This document shows positions 49,873 to 59,728 of a stretch of 64,000 nt of DNA, one piece after another (the first letter of the stretch is position 1; each line of letters opens with the position of its first letter). The translations under genes were made by a program, and so were the position numbers. The notes beneath the pieces were generated by a model. The model was given only the letters and a program-made list of their open reading frames with translations. It did not search any database and was not told where the DNA came from. Source of the stretch: Tepidiformaceae bacterium (GTDB lineage Bacteria > Chloroflexota > Dehalococcoidia > Tepidiformales > Tepidiformaceae); assembly GCA_958295975.1 (NCBI GenBank), contig OY282446.1, positions 595,289-659,288 on the forward strand. The letters run 5' to 3'.

Positions 49873-50504
49873 GCGTCGGCGGGGGGGTAGGGGTGGCCGA
49901 GGGGGGGCGGGAGGGCGATGGGGACGGGCGCGCCGCTGGCGTCCGGCGGCTCGTACGCGGTGTCGAGGCGCGCGAGGATTTCGGCGGGATCGAGCCCGTC
50001 CCAATCGATGGCGTCGGCCTCGCGGCGGCGGGCGGTGGTGGTGAGGATGGGGCGCTGGATGGCCGCCCCGCCGTCCGCCGCGAAGGTGGCGTACACGTCC
50101 ACGCGAACGCTCCCGAGGCTGAGGTTGGGGACATCGTACAGCATCATCTCGGCCAGCCTGGCGGCGAGGGGGACGGCCTCGTCGAGCGCGGAGGCGACCT
50201 GCTCGCGCCGTCCGTCCACGGAGCGGAAGGCGCGCTCGGCGGAGGACTGTACGGTCGCGGCTTCGGCGTCGGCGGCCACCAGCTCGGCACGCTGGACGCC
50301 CGCCCAGAGACTCGGGGCCACGTCGCGGGGCGGGCGGGCGCGCCGCCAGCCGGCCATGGCCTCGAGGATGAGGGCGGCCACGATGGCGTGGTCGCCGGAG
50401 GCCACGCGCCGCCGCCAGCCGCGCTGCTGGAACATCTCCGTGGCGATGACCCAGCCGGTGAGCAGGAAGAGGGCGAGGGCGACGCTGACGCCGATGACGA
50501 TCAT
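49848..50504 (-). CDS. hypothetical membrane-anchored protein
   Basis: MIVIGVSVALALFLLTGWVIA is a TM helix, followed by a soluble domain and a Pro-rich tail. The ATG overlaps the aroE TGA (ATGA). Confidence 0.6.
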   Translation of the reverse strand: MIVIGVSVALALFLLTGWVIATEMFQQRGWRRRVASGDHAIVAALILEAMAGWRRARPPRDVAPSLWAGVQRAELVAADAEAATVQSSAERAFRSVDGRREQVASALDEAVPLAARLAEMMLYDVPNLSLGSVRVDVYATFAADGGAAIQRPILTTTARRREADAIDWDGLDPAEILARLDTAYEPPDASGAPVPIALPPPLGHPYPPADAGAEERAS

Positions 50505-51325
50505 GGCGCGGGGGCGAGGGCGTCGCGGGCGGCCTCGCGCATGGCGTCGAGCGGGGCCGCGCGGCCCGTCCAGCGCTCGAAGGCGAGCGCGCCCTGGTGG
50601 ACCAGCATGGGCAGCCCGCCGAGCGTGGGGCGTCCGGCGGCGCGGGCGGCACGCAGCAGGGGCGTCTCGGCGGGGGCGTAGACGATGTCGACGATGAGCG
50701 CGCGCGGGGCGGACTCCGCCGGATCGCGGATGAGCACGGCCTCCGCGCCGCCCCCCTCCATGCCCGCGGAGGTGCAGTTGACCACGCAGTCGAAGGGCGC
50801 GAGCGGCGTCCCGAAGGGGAGGGCGCAACCGTCCGCGGCTTCGGCCAGCGCTTCGGCGGCTTCGGGACGGCGGGCGGCGATGGCGACGGCGGCGGCGTCC
50901 GCGCGCGCGAGGGCGAGGGCGATGCCGCGCGCCGCGCCGCCCGCGCCCAGCAGCAGGAAGCGTTTGCCCGCGGGCGCGAAGCCGGCCTCCGCCAGCGCCG
51001 CCGTGAAGCCGTCGCCGTCGGTGTTGTGCCCGACGAGCCGTCCGCCGTCGTTGACGATGGTGTTGACGGCCCCGGCCCCGGCGGCGGGCGGGGCGAGCTC
51101 GTCGAGGAGGGGGAGCACGGCGCGCTTGTGGGGGATGGTCACGTTCGCGCCGAGGCAGTCGGGGGCGCGCAGGGCGGCGATGCGTTCCGGCAGGGCCCCG
51201 GGCGGCGTGTCCCAGCGCTCGTAGGAGGCGTCGATGCCCGCGGCGCGCAGGGCGGCCCCCTGCATGGCGGGCGACAGGGAGTGGGCCACGGGATGGCCGA
51301 CGATGCCGAGCCGCGCGCGCGTCAC
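50501..51325 (-). CDS. aroE: shikimate dehydrogenase
   Basis: LGIVGHPVAHSLSPAMQGAALRAAGIDASY...ANVTIPHKRAV. The GTG overlaps the mltG TGA. Confidence 0.9.
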   Translation of the reverse strand: MTRARLGIVGHPVAHSLSPAMQGAALRAAGIDASYERWDTPPGALPERIAALRAPDCLGANVTIPHKRAVLPLLDELAPPAAGAGAVNTIVNDGGRLVGHNTDGDGFTAALAEAGFAPAGKRFLLLGAGGAARGIALALARADAAAVAIAARRPEAAEALAEAADGCALPFGTPLAPFDCVVNCTSAGMEGGGAEAVLIRDPAESAPRALIVDIVYAPAETPLLRAARAAGRPTLGGLPMLVHQGALAFERWTGRAAPLDAMREAARDALAPAP

Positions 51326-52437
51326 GGGCAGGCCGCCGAGCGCTCAATGTTGGCCTGGTGCTGGGCGAAGGCGATGGCGAAGGCGTGCGAGTCGTCGCCC
51401 GCGCAGGCGTCGAGCACGTAGTAGTAGTAGCTGGTCTCGACGGGGTCGGCGACGGCCTCGATGGCGGCCAGGCCGGGGCTGGCGATGGGGCCGGGCGGCA
51501 GGCCGGGGTGCAGGCGCGTGTTGTAGGGCGAGGGATGTTCGAGGTCGGCCACGGTGATCTCGGCGCCCGGCTTCCACCAGCCGAATTCGGCCACGCTGTC
51601 GGGGTCGGCGGCGATGGCGTACTGCACGGTGGCGTCCGCGCCGAGGCGGTCGCCCGCGGCGAGGCGGTTGAAGAAGACGCCCGCCACGATGGGGCGCTCG
51701 CTGGCGAGGACGATCTCGCGCTCGATGATGGAGGCGAGCGTGAGCGTGTCGTGGACGGTGAGGCCGCGCGCGGCGGCGGCCTCGCGCAGCGTGGCGGAGA
51801 AGCGCTGGCGCATCGTCTCGAACATGAGCGCGACGAGGTCGGCGGCGGTGGAGCCGAGGGGCAGGATGTAGGTGTCGGGGAAGAGGTAGCCCTCGCGGCC
51901 AACGTCCTCGGGCAGATCCGCGGCGAGGCCGGGGGGGAGGTCGGCCGCTGCGACGGCGACGACGAATTCGTCGGCGGTTCCGAAGCCCGCCGCTTCGGCG
52001 ATGGCGGCCATCTCCTCGATGCGCAGGCCCTCGGGGAAGGTCACGCGCACGGTGGGCACGGCCTCGCCCACGGTGAGCTGGTCGATGATGGAGGCGATGG
52101 AAGCGCCGGGCGTGAGCGTGTAGGAGCCGGAGGCGAGGCGGTTCTGCAGGCCCAGCAGCGAGGCCAGCACGTTGAACTGCGTGGCCGAGCGGATGACGCC
52201 GAGCGCCTCCAGCTGGCCGGCCACGCCGGTGGCGGTGCTGCCCTCGGCGAGGATGTAGCGCTGGGGGGCGGCGGGCGGCGCGGGCGCGGCGGGCGGCACG
52301 ATGTCCCCGCCGAGCGTGGCGCGCGGCGTGCCCGCCATCAGGGCCGCGCCGAGGATGACGGCCCCGGCGACGAGGCCGAACCCCGCCGCCATGAGCAGGG
52401 AACGCCCCGTGAGGAGCGCGCCGATCGTGGCGTTCAC
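51322..52437 (-). CDS. mltG: endolytic murein transglycosylase MltG (YceG-like)
   Basis: N-terminal TM helix and LTLASIIEREIV...VFFNRL...LGADATVQY...YNTRLHPGLPPGPIASPG. Confidence 0.85.
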   Translation of the reverse strand: MNATIGALLTGRSLLMAAGFGLVAGAVILGAALMAGTPRATLGGDIVPPAAPAPPAAPQRYILAEGSTATGVAGQLEALGVIRSATQFNVLASLLGLQNRLASGSYTLTPGASIASIIDQLTVGEAVPTVRVTFPEGLRIEEMAAIAEAAGFGTADEFVVAVAAADLPPGLAADLPEDVGREGYLFPDTYILPLGSTAADLVALMFETMRQRFSATLREAAAARGLTVHDTLTLASIIEREIVLASERPIVAGVFFNRLAAGDRLGADATVQYAIAADPDSVAEFGWWKPGAEITVADLEHPSPYNTRLHPGLPPGPIASPGLAAIEAVADPVETSYYYYVLDACAGDDSHAFAIAFAQHQANIERSAACP

Positions 52438-52832
52438 GGGCCGCCGCCCGCGCGCGCGTCGAGTTCGGCCTGCAGGAGGATGGCGGCGGCGGCGGAATCG
52501 AGCGATCCGTCGCGGCGGGCGCGGGCGGGCGCGTGGCGGGCCGCCTCCACCGTGGTGAGGCGCTCGTCGCGCGTGCGCACGGGCACGGGCAGGCGCTCGC
52601 GCAGGCGTTCGGCGAGGGCGCGCGCGGCGCGCGTCTGGTCGGAATCGCCGCCCGCCAGCGTGAGCGGCAGCCCCACGATGACCTCGCCGACGCCCTCGCG
52701 TTCGACGAGCGCGGGCAGGGCGTCGAGGAGGGCGCGCGCGCCGCCGTGGAGGGCGGGCCGGGGATGGGCGTAGAGGCCGAGCTCGTCGCTCACGGCCACG
52801 CCCGTGCGGCGGGCACCGGGGTCAAGGGCCAT
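52434..52832 (-). CDS. ruvX: Holliday junction resolvase-like RuvX (YqgF)
   Basis: MALDPGARRTGVAVSD...VIVGLPLTLAGGDS...DERLTT. The alaS-ruvX-mltG neighbourhood is conserved. Confidence 0.85.
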   Translation of the reverse strand: MALDPGARRTGVAVSDELGLYAHPRPALHGGARALLDALPALVEREGVGEVIVGLPLTLAGGDSDQTRAARALAERLRERLPVPVRTRDERLTTVEAARHAPARARRDGSLDSAAAAILLQAELDARAGGGP

Positions 52833-54411
52833 CAGCCGTCTCCCCGTCGTCGGGGGCGGGCTCGGGGGGGCGGGCGGCGAAGGCGACGTCGATGCGGAAT
52901 CCGAAGCGCGGGAGCCACGGCGCCCAGCCCGGCGAGAGCTCGATTTCGACATCCTCACTACCATAGCGGCTTCGCAGTTCCGCTTCCGCCGATGCGGCGC
53001 TCCGGCCCCGCACGGCGTCCTCAACGGCGGCGGGCGCGGGGGCGTCGGGGAAGGCCCCGCTCAGGCGCAGCTCGGACGTGTAGGAGCCGTCGGCGTGATT
53101 CCGCCGCGCGCCGTCCGTCTCGACCGCGACGACCGTGCCGGGGATAAGCGCGCCGAAGCCCTCGGGCGCTTCCAGCACGGAGCGCGCGAGGGCTTCGAGC
53201 GCCGCCGGGGGGATGACGAGCGCCCGCACGGTCGTGCGCACTTCCATGAAGACGGCGGCGGCGGGATCGCCCTCGGCGGCGCTGGGCGTCCCCAGCTCGA
53301 CGGTGGCGGCGGCGCTGCGGGCGATGACGGCGTGGCCGGGGCGGGCCTCCGCCAGCAGGGCGGCGAGGGAGACGTCCCCGGCGATCTCGTCGGCCAGCGT
53401 TCCGAGGGCGCGGAGGTCGGCGGCGGCGACCGCGCGGCGGGTATCGTCGGCGCCGCCGGAGGCCGCTTCGGGGTTGGTGACGTCGAGCGCGATGAACGAC
53501 TGGTTGCGCCACTGCGTGATGGCGTCCGCCGCCACGTTGCCCTCCGCGCCCGCGGCGATGGCGGTGGCGGCGGCCTCCGTCTGGCCCCCGGCCGGGACCG
53601 TGACCGCCTCGTCGAGCGCGAAGGAGACGAATTCGGGCAGGGCGAAGACGATGGACCCGGCGGGCACGGTGACGGCGTCGCCGGTGGGGTTGGCGATGAC
53701 GAGCGTGGCCGCGGCGGGGGACACGCCCCGCGTGACCGTGCCCGTGGCGGGCACGGCGAGCAGGATGGCGCGTTCGACGGCGGCGGACTCGGCGGGCAGC
53801 GTCAGCGTTTCGAGGTTGGGCGCGTCCACGCGGGGCGAGGCGCGCACCACCACGAGCCGCTCGACCCGCTCCACGGGCGGGTAGACGGTGACCGTGGCCG
53901 CGGGCCCGACGGTGAACAGCGCGGCGAGCGCCGCCAGCGCGAGCAGGCCGAGGACGAGGTGCGGCGCGTAGCGCTCGACCGGGGGCGCCAGCAGCGTGGC
54001 GAAGCCCAGGCGGAGGACGGCCCTGCCCCCGGAACCCCAGTGCACGCGGTGGGGCGCGGTGGCAACGGGCACGCGCTGGCGGCGCGCGCGGCGGGTGAGC
54101 GTCCCCGAACGGGTGGCGACGGCGAGCAGGCGGCCCCGCGCTCGCGCGTGGCGCACGACGCGGCGCATGCCCAGTTCCTCGGCCAGGGCGCGGTTGCCGC
54201 CGGGCGCGTGCAGGACGACGGCGAGCGTGGGGGCGGCGTCGATGCGCCCGCAGATGCCGTCGATCTCCTCATGACGGCCGACGGGCACGACGGAGGCGAC
54301 GGAGGGTTCGCCGCCGCCACCGTCGCCCGCGACTTCGGCGGGCGGCGGCTCCCCGATCGGCGGGGCGTCGGCGGGCGCGGCGGGATCGGGCGCGTTCGCG
54401 GATGCGTCCAT
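52822..54411 (-). CDS. hypothetical single-pass membrane protein (weak baseplate-J-like motif)
   Basis: I chose ATG 54409-54411 because it lies after the alaS stop. There is one TM helix (HLVLGLLALAALAALFTV). IANPTGDAVTVPAGSIV...GAEGNVAADAITQW is reminiscent of baseplate J/gp47-type proteins. That resemblance is from memory and was not searched. Confidence 0.55.
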   Translation of the reverse strand: MDASANAPDPAAPADAPPIGEPPPAEVAGDGGGGEPSVASVVPVGRHEEIDGICGRIDAAPTLAVVLHAPGGNRALAEELGMRRVVRHARARGRLLAVATRSGTLTRRARRQRVPVATAPHRVHWGSGGRAVLRLGFATLLAPPVERYAPHLVLGLLALAALAALFTVGPAATVTVYPPVERVERLVVVRASPRVDAPNLETLTLPAESAAVERAILLAVPATGTVTRGVSPAAATLVIANPTGDAVTVPAGSIVFALPEFVSFALDEAVTVPAGGQTEAAATAIAAGAEGNVAADAITQWRNQSFIALDVTNPEAASGGADDTRRAVAAADLRALGTLADEIAGDVSLAALLAEARPGHAVIARSAAATVELGTPSAAEGDPAAAVFMEVRTTVRALVIPPAALEALARSVLEAPEGFGALIPGTVVAVETDGARRNHADGSYTSELRLSGAFPDAPAPAAVEDAVRGRSAASAEAELRSRYGSEDVEIELSPGWAPWLPRFGFRIDVAFAARPPEPAPDDGETADGP

Positions 54412-54425
54412 CGCGCGGGCCCTTC

Positions 54426-57074
54426 CTAGCCGTCCGCCAGGGCGGCGGCGGCGCGGCGGCGGCCCTCGGCGAGGGCGGCGTCGAGGGCGGAGGGGTCGCG
54501 CGCGCCCGCCTCGGCGAGGTCGGGGCGTCCGCCGCCGCCGCCGCCCGCGACCTTCGCCACCTCGCGCACGATGTCGCCCGCGTGCACGCCCGCGGCCACG
54601 AGGTCGGGCGTGGCGGCGACGAGGAAGGCGGGGCGCTCGTCGATGACGGCGGCGAGCACGAGCAGGGCGGGCGCGAGGCGGCGGCGCAGGTCGTCGGCCA
54701 GCTCCTTGAGCGCCTGCCGCGAGGGGGCGCGCACGCGCGCGACCAGCAGGTTGGCCCCGCCCACGCGCTCGGCGGCGGCGGCGAGGTCCGCGCCCTGCCC
54801 GGCGGCGCGCGCCCGTTCGAGGGCGGCCACCTGACCGCGCAGCTCCTCCAGTTCGGCCTGCAGCCCCTCGATGCGCTCCTCCAGCGCGGCGGGGGGCGCG
54901 CCGAGGCGTTCGGCCAGCCGCCGCAGACGGGCGTGCTGTTCCAGCAGGAAACGCTCGGCGGACGCGCCGGAGAGCGCCTCGATGCGGCGCGTGCCGGCGG
55001 CCACGGCGGACTCGCGCAGGACGTGCACGAGGCCCAGTTCGCCCGTGCGGCGCACGTGCGTGCCGCCGCAGAGCTCGGCGCTGGCGAGGACGCCCTCCGC
55101 GCCGATCTCGACGACGCGCACCTCGCTCCCGTACTTGTCGCCGAAGAAGGCGAGCGCGCCGCCGTCGATGGCCTCGCGGTAGCTGGTCATGCGCCATTCG
55201 ACGGGAACGTCGCGGCGCACGGTCTCGTTCACCAGCGCCTCGACCTCGTCGAGCGCCTCGCGGGGGGCGCGTTCGAGGTGGGTGAAATCGAAGCGCAGGC
55301 GGTCGCTGGCGACGAGCGATCCCTGCTGGCGCACGTGCTGGCCGAGCACGGCGCGCAGGCCGGCGTGGAGCAGGTGCGTGGCGGTGTGGTTGCGGGCGGC
55401 GCCGCCGCGCCAGACGGGATCGACCTCGGCGCGCAGGGAGTCCCCCGCGCGCAGCTCGCCCGCGGTCACGCGCCCGTGGTGGAGGATGGCCCCGCCCGCC
55501 GCGCGCGTGTCCTCCACGGCGAAGAGGCCGCCGGAGGCGCGCAGCAGGCCGCGGTCGCCCAGCTGGCCGCCGCCCTCGGGGTAGAAGGGCGTGGCGTCGA
55601 GCGCGACGGCGCCCTCGGCCCCCTCGGGGAGGACGTCGACAGGCTGGCCCGCGCGCAGGATGGCGGCGGCGCGGGCCTCGCCCTCGATCTCCCGCCAGCC
55701 GGTGAAGGCGCCGCGCTCGCCCGCGGCGGCGGCCACGGCGGGGCGCTCCGCGTCGTCGGACGCGGCGGCGGCGCGGGCGGCGCGGCGCTGTTCCTCGAGC
55801 GCGGCCTCGAAGGCGGCGGCGTCCACGCCGAAGCCGCGGGCGGCGGCGATCTCGCGCGTGAGCTCGATGGGCAGGCCGAAGGTGTCGTAGAGGGTGAAGG
55901 CCTCCTCGCCGGGGAGCGTGCGGCGGCCCGCGCCCTCCAGCCGGTCGAGCAGCAGGTCGAGGCGCCGGGAGGCGGTGGCCAGCGTGCGCAGGAAGCGCTC
56001 CTCCTCCGCCGCGATGGCGCGCAGGATGAAGTCGCGCTCCGCCTCCAGGTGGGGGTAGGCGGGGGCGAGGCGGGCGATGGCGGCGGCGGCCAGACGGTGG
56101 AGGAAGGGCTCGGCCACGCCCTCGCCGCGGGCGAGGTAGACGGCGCGGCGCAGGATGCGGCGGAGCACGTAGCCGCGGCCCTCGTTGCTGGGGGCCACGC
56201 CGTCGCCCACGAGCAGGGCGGCGGCGCGCGCATGCTCGGACATGGCGCGGACGGCGCGGCCCGCGGCGGCGCCCGCGCGCCCGCCCAGGTAGTCGACGCC
56301 GACGACGGCGGCGGCCTCCGCGAGGATGGGGAGGAAGACGTCGGTCTCGTAGACGCTGCGCACGCCCTGCTGGATGGCGGCCACGCGCTCGAGGCCGCTG
56401 CCCGTGTCGATGTTCCGGGCGGGCAGGTCGTCGAGCGAGCCGTCCTCGCGCCGGAAGTTCTGCATGAGCACGAGGTTCCAGTATTCGAGGAAGCGTTCGC
56501 CGTCGGCGGCGGGGTCGGCGCCGTCGGGACCGCGTTCGGGGAAGAAGTCGTAGAAGATCTCCGTGTTCGGGCCACAGGGGCCGACGGGGCCGCTGTACCA
56601 GTAGTTCTCGGACTCGTCGTAGCGGTGGATGCGCGCGTGGGGCACGCCCGTGGCGCGCCAGGCCTCGTAGGACTCCTCGTCGTCGAGGTGGATGCTGACG
56701 TGGATGCGTTCGGGGGGCAGGCGGTAGACCGCGGTGCTCAGCTCCCAGGCCCAGTCGATGGCCTCCTTCTTGAAGTAGTCGCCGAAGCTGAAGTTGCCGA
56801 GCATCTCGAAGGCGGTGAGGTGGCTGAGGTCGCCGACCTCCTCGACGTCGGTCACGCGGAAGGTGCGCTGCACGGTGGTGGCGCGGCGCACGGGGGGCTC
56901 CGCTTCGCCCGTGAAGTACGGCTTGAACTGTTGCATCCCCGCGCTGGTGAAGAGCGTGGAGGCGTCGCCGATGGGCACGAGCGGCCAGGGGGGGAGGTGG
57001 CGATGATCGCGCGCCCCGAAGAAATCGAGGAAGGCCGTGCGAATCTCGTCGGAGCTCCGCGGGGGAGTGGGCAT
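54426..57074 (-). CDS. alaS: alanine--tRNA ligase
   Basis: IRTAFLDFFGARDHRHLP..., FEMLGNFSFGDYFK, and the C-terminal editing and DHHA1 regions. ATG 57072-57074. Confidence 0.95.
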   Translation of the reverse strand: MPTPPRSSDEIRTAFLDFFGARDHRHLPPWPLVPIGDASTLFTSAGMQQFKPYFTGEAEPPVRRATTVQRTFRVTDVEEVGDLSHLTAFEMLGNFSFGDYFKKEAIDWAWELSTAVYRLPPERIHVSIHLDDEESYEAWRATGVPHARIHRYDESENYWYSGPVGPCGPNTEIFYDFFPERGPDGADPAADGERFLEYWNLVLMQNFRREDGSLDDLPARNIDTGSGLERVAAIQQGVRSVYETDVFLPILAEAAAVVGVDYLGGRAGAAAGRAVRAMSEHARAAALLVGDGVAPSNEGRGYVLRRILRRAVYLARGEGVAEPFLHRLAAAAIARLAPAYPHLEAERDFILRAIAAEEERFLRTLATASRRLDLLLDRLEGAGRRTLPGEEAFTLYDTFGLPIELTREIAAARGFGVDAAAFEAALEEQRRAARAAAASDDAERPAVAAAAGERGAFTGWREIEGEARAAAILRAGQPVDVLPEGAEGAVALDATPFYPEGGGQLGDRGLLRASGGLFAVEDTRAAGGAILHHGRVTAGELRAGDSLRAEVDPVWRGGAARNHTATHLLHAGLRAVLGQHVRQQGSLVASDRLRFDFTHLERAPREALDEVEALVNETVRRDVPVEWRMTSYREAIDGGALAFFGDKYGSEVRVVEIGAEGVLASAELCGGTHVRRTGELGLVHVLRESAVAAGTRRIEALSGASAERFLLEQHARLRRLAERLGAPPAALEERIEGLQAELEELRGQVAALERARAAGQGADLAAAAERVGGANLLVARVRAPSRQALKELADDLRRRLAPALLVLAAVIDERPAFLVAATPDLVAAGVHAGDIVREVAKVAGGGGGGRPDLAEAGARDPSALDAALAEGRRRAAAALADG

Positions 57075-57247
57075 GGCTGCCCGCCGATGGTACAGCGCCA
57101 GCGGCCAGGTGTCAGCGCGCGGCGCTTGACATCGCCCGACGGCGGCCCCAGCATGGCCGCCAGGCAGTCGCGCATGACCGACGACCCCGATCCCCACGAA
57201 CGCGGACCCGTTCCGAGACCCGGCCCCCGCGGGCGACTCCGCCCGCG

Positions 57248-58447
57248 ATGAGCGGACGGCTCGGCGTGGTCGTGCTCGCGGGGGAGCGCGCCGAAGGGAT
57301 GCGCTCCGCGCTGCCGCCCGCGCTGCATCCCGTGGCGGGCGTTCCCGCCGCGCGCTACGCCATCGACGCCGCGCTCGCGCTTTCCCCCGAACGCATCGCC
57401 GTCGCGGTGGCGGACGAGGCGGAGGCGCGCGCGGCGCTGGCGATCAACGGCCCGCGCTTCGTTCCGCAACCCGAGGGGACGGGCGCGGGCGCGGCCATCG
57501 CGCGCTGCCGCGAGGCGCTGGCGGGCTGCGACGCCGTGCTCGTGGCGTGGGGCGACGCGCCGCTGGCGGAAAGCGATCTGCTGCGCGCGTTGCTCGAGGC
57601 GCGGGGCGGCGCGCCGCTGGCCGTGGCCGCGGCAGACGGGCGCGCGGGCCCCTGGTGCGCGGACGCCGCCTGGCTGTGGGAACGCATGGAGACGGCGGGC
57701 GCGGACCCGCCGCGTTCCCTCGCGTCGGAAGCGCCCGTGACGGTGGCCGCGGAGGCCACCGTGATCGGGCGCATCGACGACCGCGCCTCGCTGGCGGCGG
57801 CGGAGACGGCCATGCGGCGGCGGCTGATCGCGGGCCATCTGGCCGCGGGCGTCACCTTCCGCGACCCCGCCACCGTCTACGTGGACCGCGGCGTGCGGCT
57901 GGCGGCGGAGACGACGGTCGAGCCGAACTGCCACCTGTACGGCGCGACGGAGGTGGCGGCGGGGGCCGTCATCGGGCCCGGCGCGACGCTGCGGAACGCG
58001 CGCGTGGGGGCGGGGAGCCGCGTGCTCCACTCGGTGGTGGAGGACTCGACGGTGGGGGCGCGCACGGTGGTGGGGCCGTTCGCGCACGTGCGCGACGGGG
58101 CCGCCATCGGCGACGGCTGCGAGGTGCACAACTACGCGGAGGTCAAGAACTCGGCGGTGGGCGACGGCGTGAAGATGCACCACTTCGGCTACCTCGGCGA
58201 CGCCGACGTGGGCGCGGGCGCGAACATCGGCGCGGGCGCGGTGACGGTGAATTTCGACGGCCGGGCGAAGCACCGCACGCACATCGGCGCGCGCGCCTTC
58301 GTGGGCTGCGACACGATGCTGATCGCGCCCGTGTCCGTGGGCGAGGGCGCCTTCACGGCGGCGGGGGCGGTGGTCACGCGCGACGTGGCGGCGGGGGCGC
58401 TGGTGGCGGGCGTGCCCGCGCGGGAGCTGCCCCGCGGGGGGGCGTGA
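57248..58447 (+). CDS. GlmU-like nucleotidyltransferase / left-handed beta-helix acetyltransferase (atypical N-terminal motif)
   Basis: The C-terminal hexapeptide repeats (IGPGATLRNARVGAGSRV..., GDGVKMHHFGYLGDADVGAGANIGAG) resemble GlmU. The N-terminal loop reads LAGERAEGMRS instead of LAAGxGTRMxS. The protein is 399 aa. Confidence 0.65.
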   Translation: MSGRLGVVVLAGERAEGMRSALPPALHPVAGVPAARYAIDAALALSPERIAVAVADEAEARAALAINGPRFVPQPEGTGAGAAIARCREALAGCDAVLVAWGDAPLAESDLLRALLEARGGAPLAVAAADGRAGPWCADAAWLWERMETAGADPPRSLASEAPVTVAAEATVIGRIDDRASLAAAETAMRRRLIAGHLAAGVTFRDPATVYVDRGVRLAAETTVEPNCHLYGATEVAAGAVIGPGATLRNARVGAGSRVLHSVVEDSTVGARTVVGPFAHVRDGAAIGDGCEVHNYAEVKNSAVGDGVKMHHFGYLGDADVGAGANIGAGAVTVNFDGRAKHRTHIGARAFVGCDTMLIAPVSVGEGAFTAAGAVVTRDVAAGALVAGVPARELPRGGA

Positions 58448-59700
58448 TGGGCGCGGACCTGATCGGGGCCATCGCCGCCATCGCCGGGTCGGCGCTGGCG
58501 CTGGCGCTCACGGCGGGCGCGGAGACGGCGCTGGCGCGCGCCAACGCGGCCCGCATCCAGGCGCTGGCGCGCAAGGGCAACGCCGCCGCCCTGCGCATCG
58601 TGGGCGCGGTGGAGCGCCCCGTGGACCCGCTGGGGCCGCTGACGGTGGCGCGCGTGCTGGCGGCGACGGGGCTCGTGAGCGCCTGCGCCTACGTGGGCGC
58701 GAACCAGCTGGGGGCGGCGGGCGCGGCCTGGATCGGACTGGCCGGGGGCGGCGCGGCGGCGCTCCTGCAGATGACGGTGGGCACGCTGGCGGCGCGCCGC
58801 CCGGAGTATTCCGTGCTGCAGCTGCACCGCGTGATCGTGGTCGTGCGGCGGCTCTTCGCGGCGCCCGCCTGGGCGCTGGGGGCGCCCGCGCGCCTGATCG
58901 CAGCCCCCCTGCAGGCGGTGGCGCCGGGCGCGGACGACGAGGACCTCATCGCCCTGCTGGAGCGGGAGGAGGCGCGGGGCGAGGTGGAGGAGGAGGAGCG
59001 GCGCATGATCCGCGGCATCATCGGGCTGGAGGACAAGACGGCGCGCGAGGTGATGGTGCCCCGCATCGACATCGTGGCCACGGAGGCGGAGGCCAGCGTG
59101 GCCGAGGCCGCGCGGCTGGCCACGGAGCGCGGCTTCAGCCGCATCCCCGCCCACGGCGAGAGCATCGACGACATCGCCGGCATCGCCTACGCCAAGGACC
59201 TGCTGGAGGCGCTCATCACGGGGCGCGACGACGCCCCCCTGCGCGCGCTCCTGCGCGATCCCGTCTTCATCCCCGAATCCAAGCGCGCCGACCAGCTGCT
59301 GACGGAGATGCGCGCCAACCGCACGCATCTCGCCATCGTGGTGGACGAATACGGGGGCACGGCGGGGCTGATCACGATCGAGGACCTGATCGAGGAGATC
59401 GTGGGCGAGATCGAGGACGAGTACGACGTGGCCGCGCCCGCGCTGGAGCAGATCTCCGAGGACGAGGTGCTGCTGGACGCGAGCATGCCCGCGGAGGCGC
59501 TGGACGATATCTTCGGCTACGAGGCGGAGAGCGAGGATTTCGACACCATCGGCGGCTTCGTCATCCACGCGCTGGGGCGGCTGCCGGCGGTGGGCGACGA
59601 GGTGCGCGTGGACGGCCTGCGGCTGCGCGTGCTGAGCATGTCCGGGCGGCGGCTGCGGCGGCTGCGCGTGGTGCGCGAGCGCGAGGGCGCGACGGTCTGA
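58447..59700 (+). CDS. CNNM/CorC-type hemolysin-family protein (DUF21-CBS-CorC_HlyC)
   Basis: TM N-terminus, then [24 protein letters not shown], a CBS pair, and a C-terminal CorC domain. The ATG overlaps the upstream TGA by 1 nt. Confidence 0.85.
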   Translation: MGADLIGAIAAIAGSALALALTAGAETALARANAARIQALARKGNAAALRIVGAVERPVDPLGPLTVARVLAATGLVSACAYVGANQLGAAGAAWIGLAGGGAAALLQMTVGTLAARRPEYSVLQLHRVIVVVRRLFAAPAWALGAPARLIAAPLQAVAPGADDEDLIALLEREEARGEVEEEERRMIRGIIGLEDKTAREVMVPRIDIVATEAEASVAEAARLATERGFSRIPAHGESIDDIAGIAYAKDLLEALITGRDDAPLRALLRDPVFIPESKRADQLLTEMRANRTHLAIVVDEYGGTAGLITIEDLIEEIVGEIEDEYDVAAPALEQISEDEVLLDASMPAEALDDIFGYEAESEDFDTIGGFVIHALGRLPAVGDEVRVDGLRLRVLSMSGRRLRRLRVVREREGATV

Positions 59701-59728
59701 GCGCGCGCCGTGCTAGAGTCCGCGCACG

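Noticed and set aside
57075-57247. A GAACG-N6-CGTTC inverted repeat (on the alaS strand) in the alaS/glmU-like divergent region, which I considered as a third SOS box. A TTGACA-N17-CAGCAT promoter-like match also lies at 57126-57154.
   Set aside because: The spacing does not fit GAAC-N4-GTTC, and neither flanking gene is an expected SOS gene. The promoter match has a weak -10 element. I left both unannotated.
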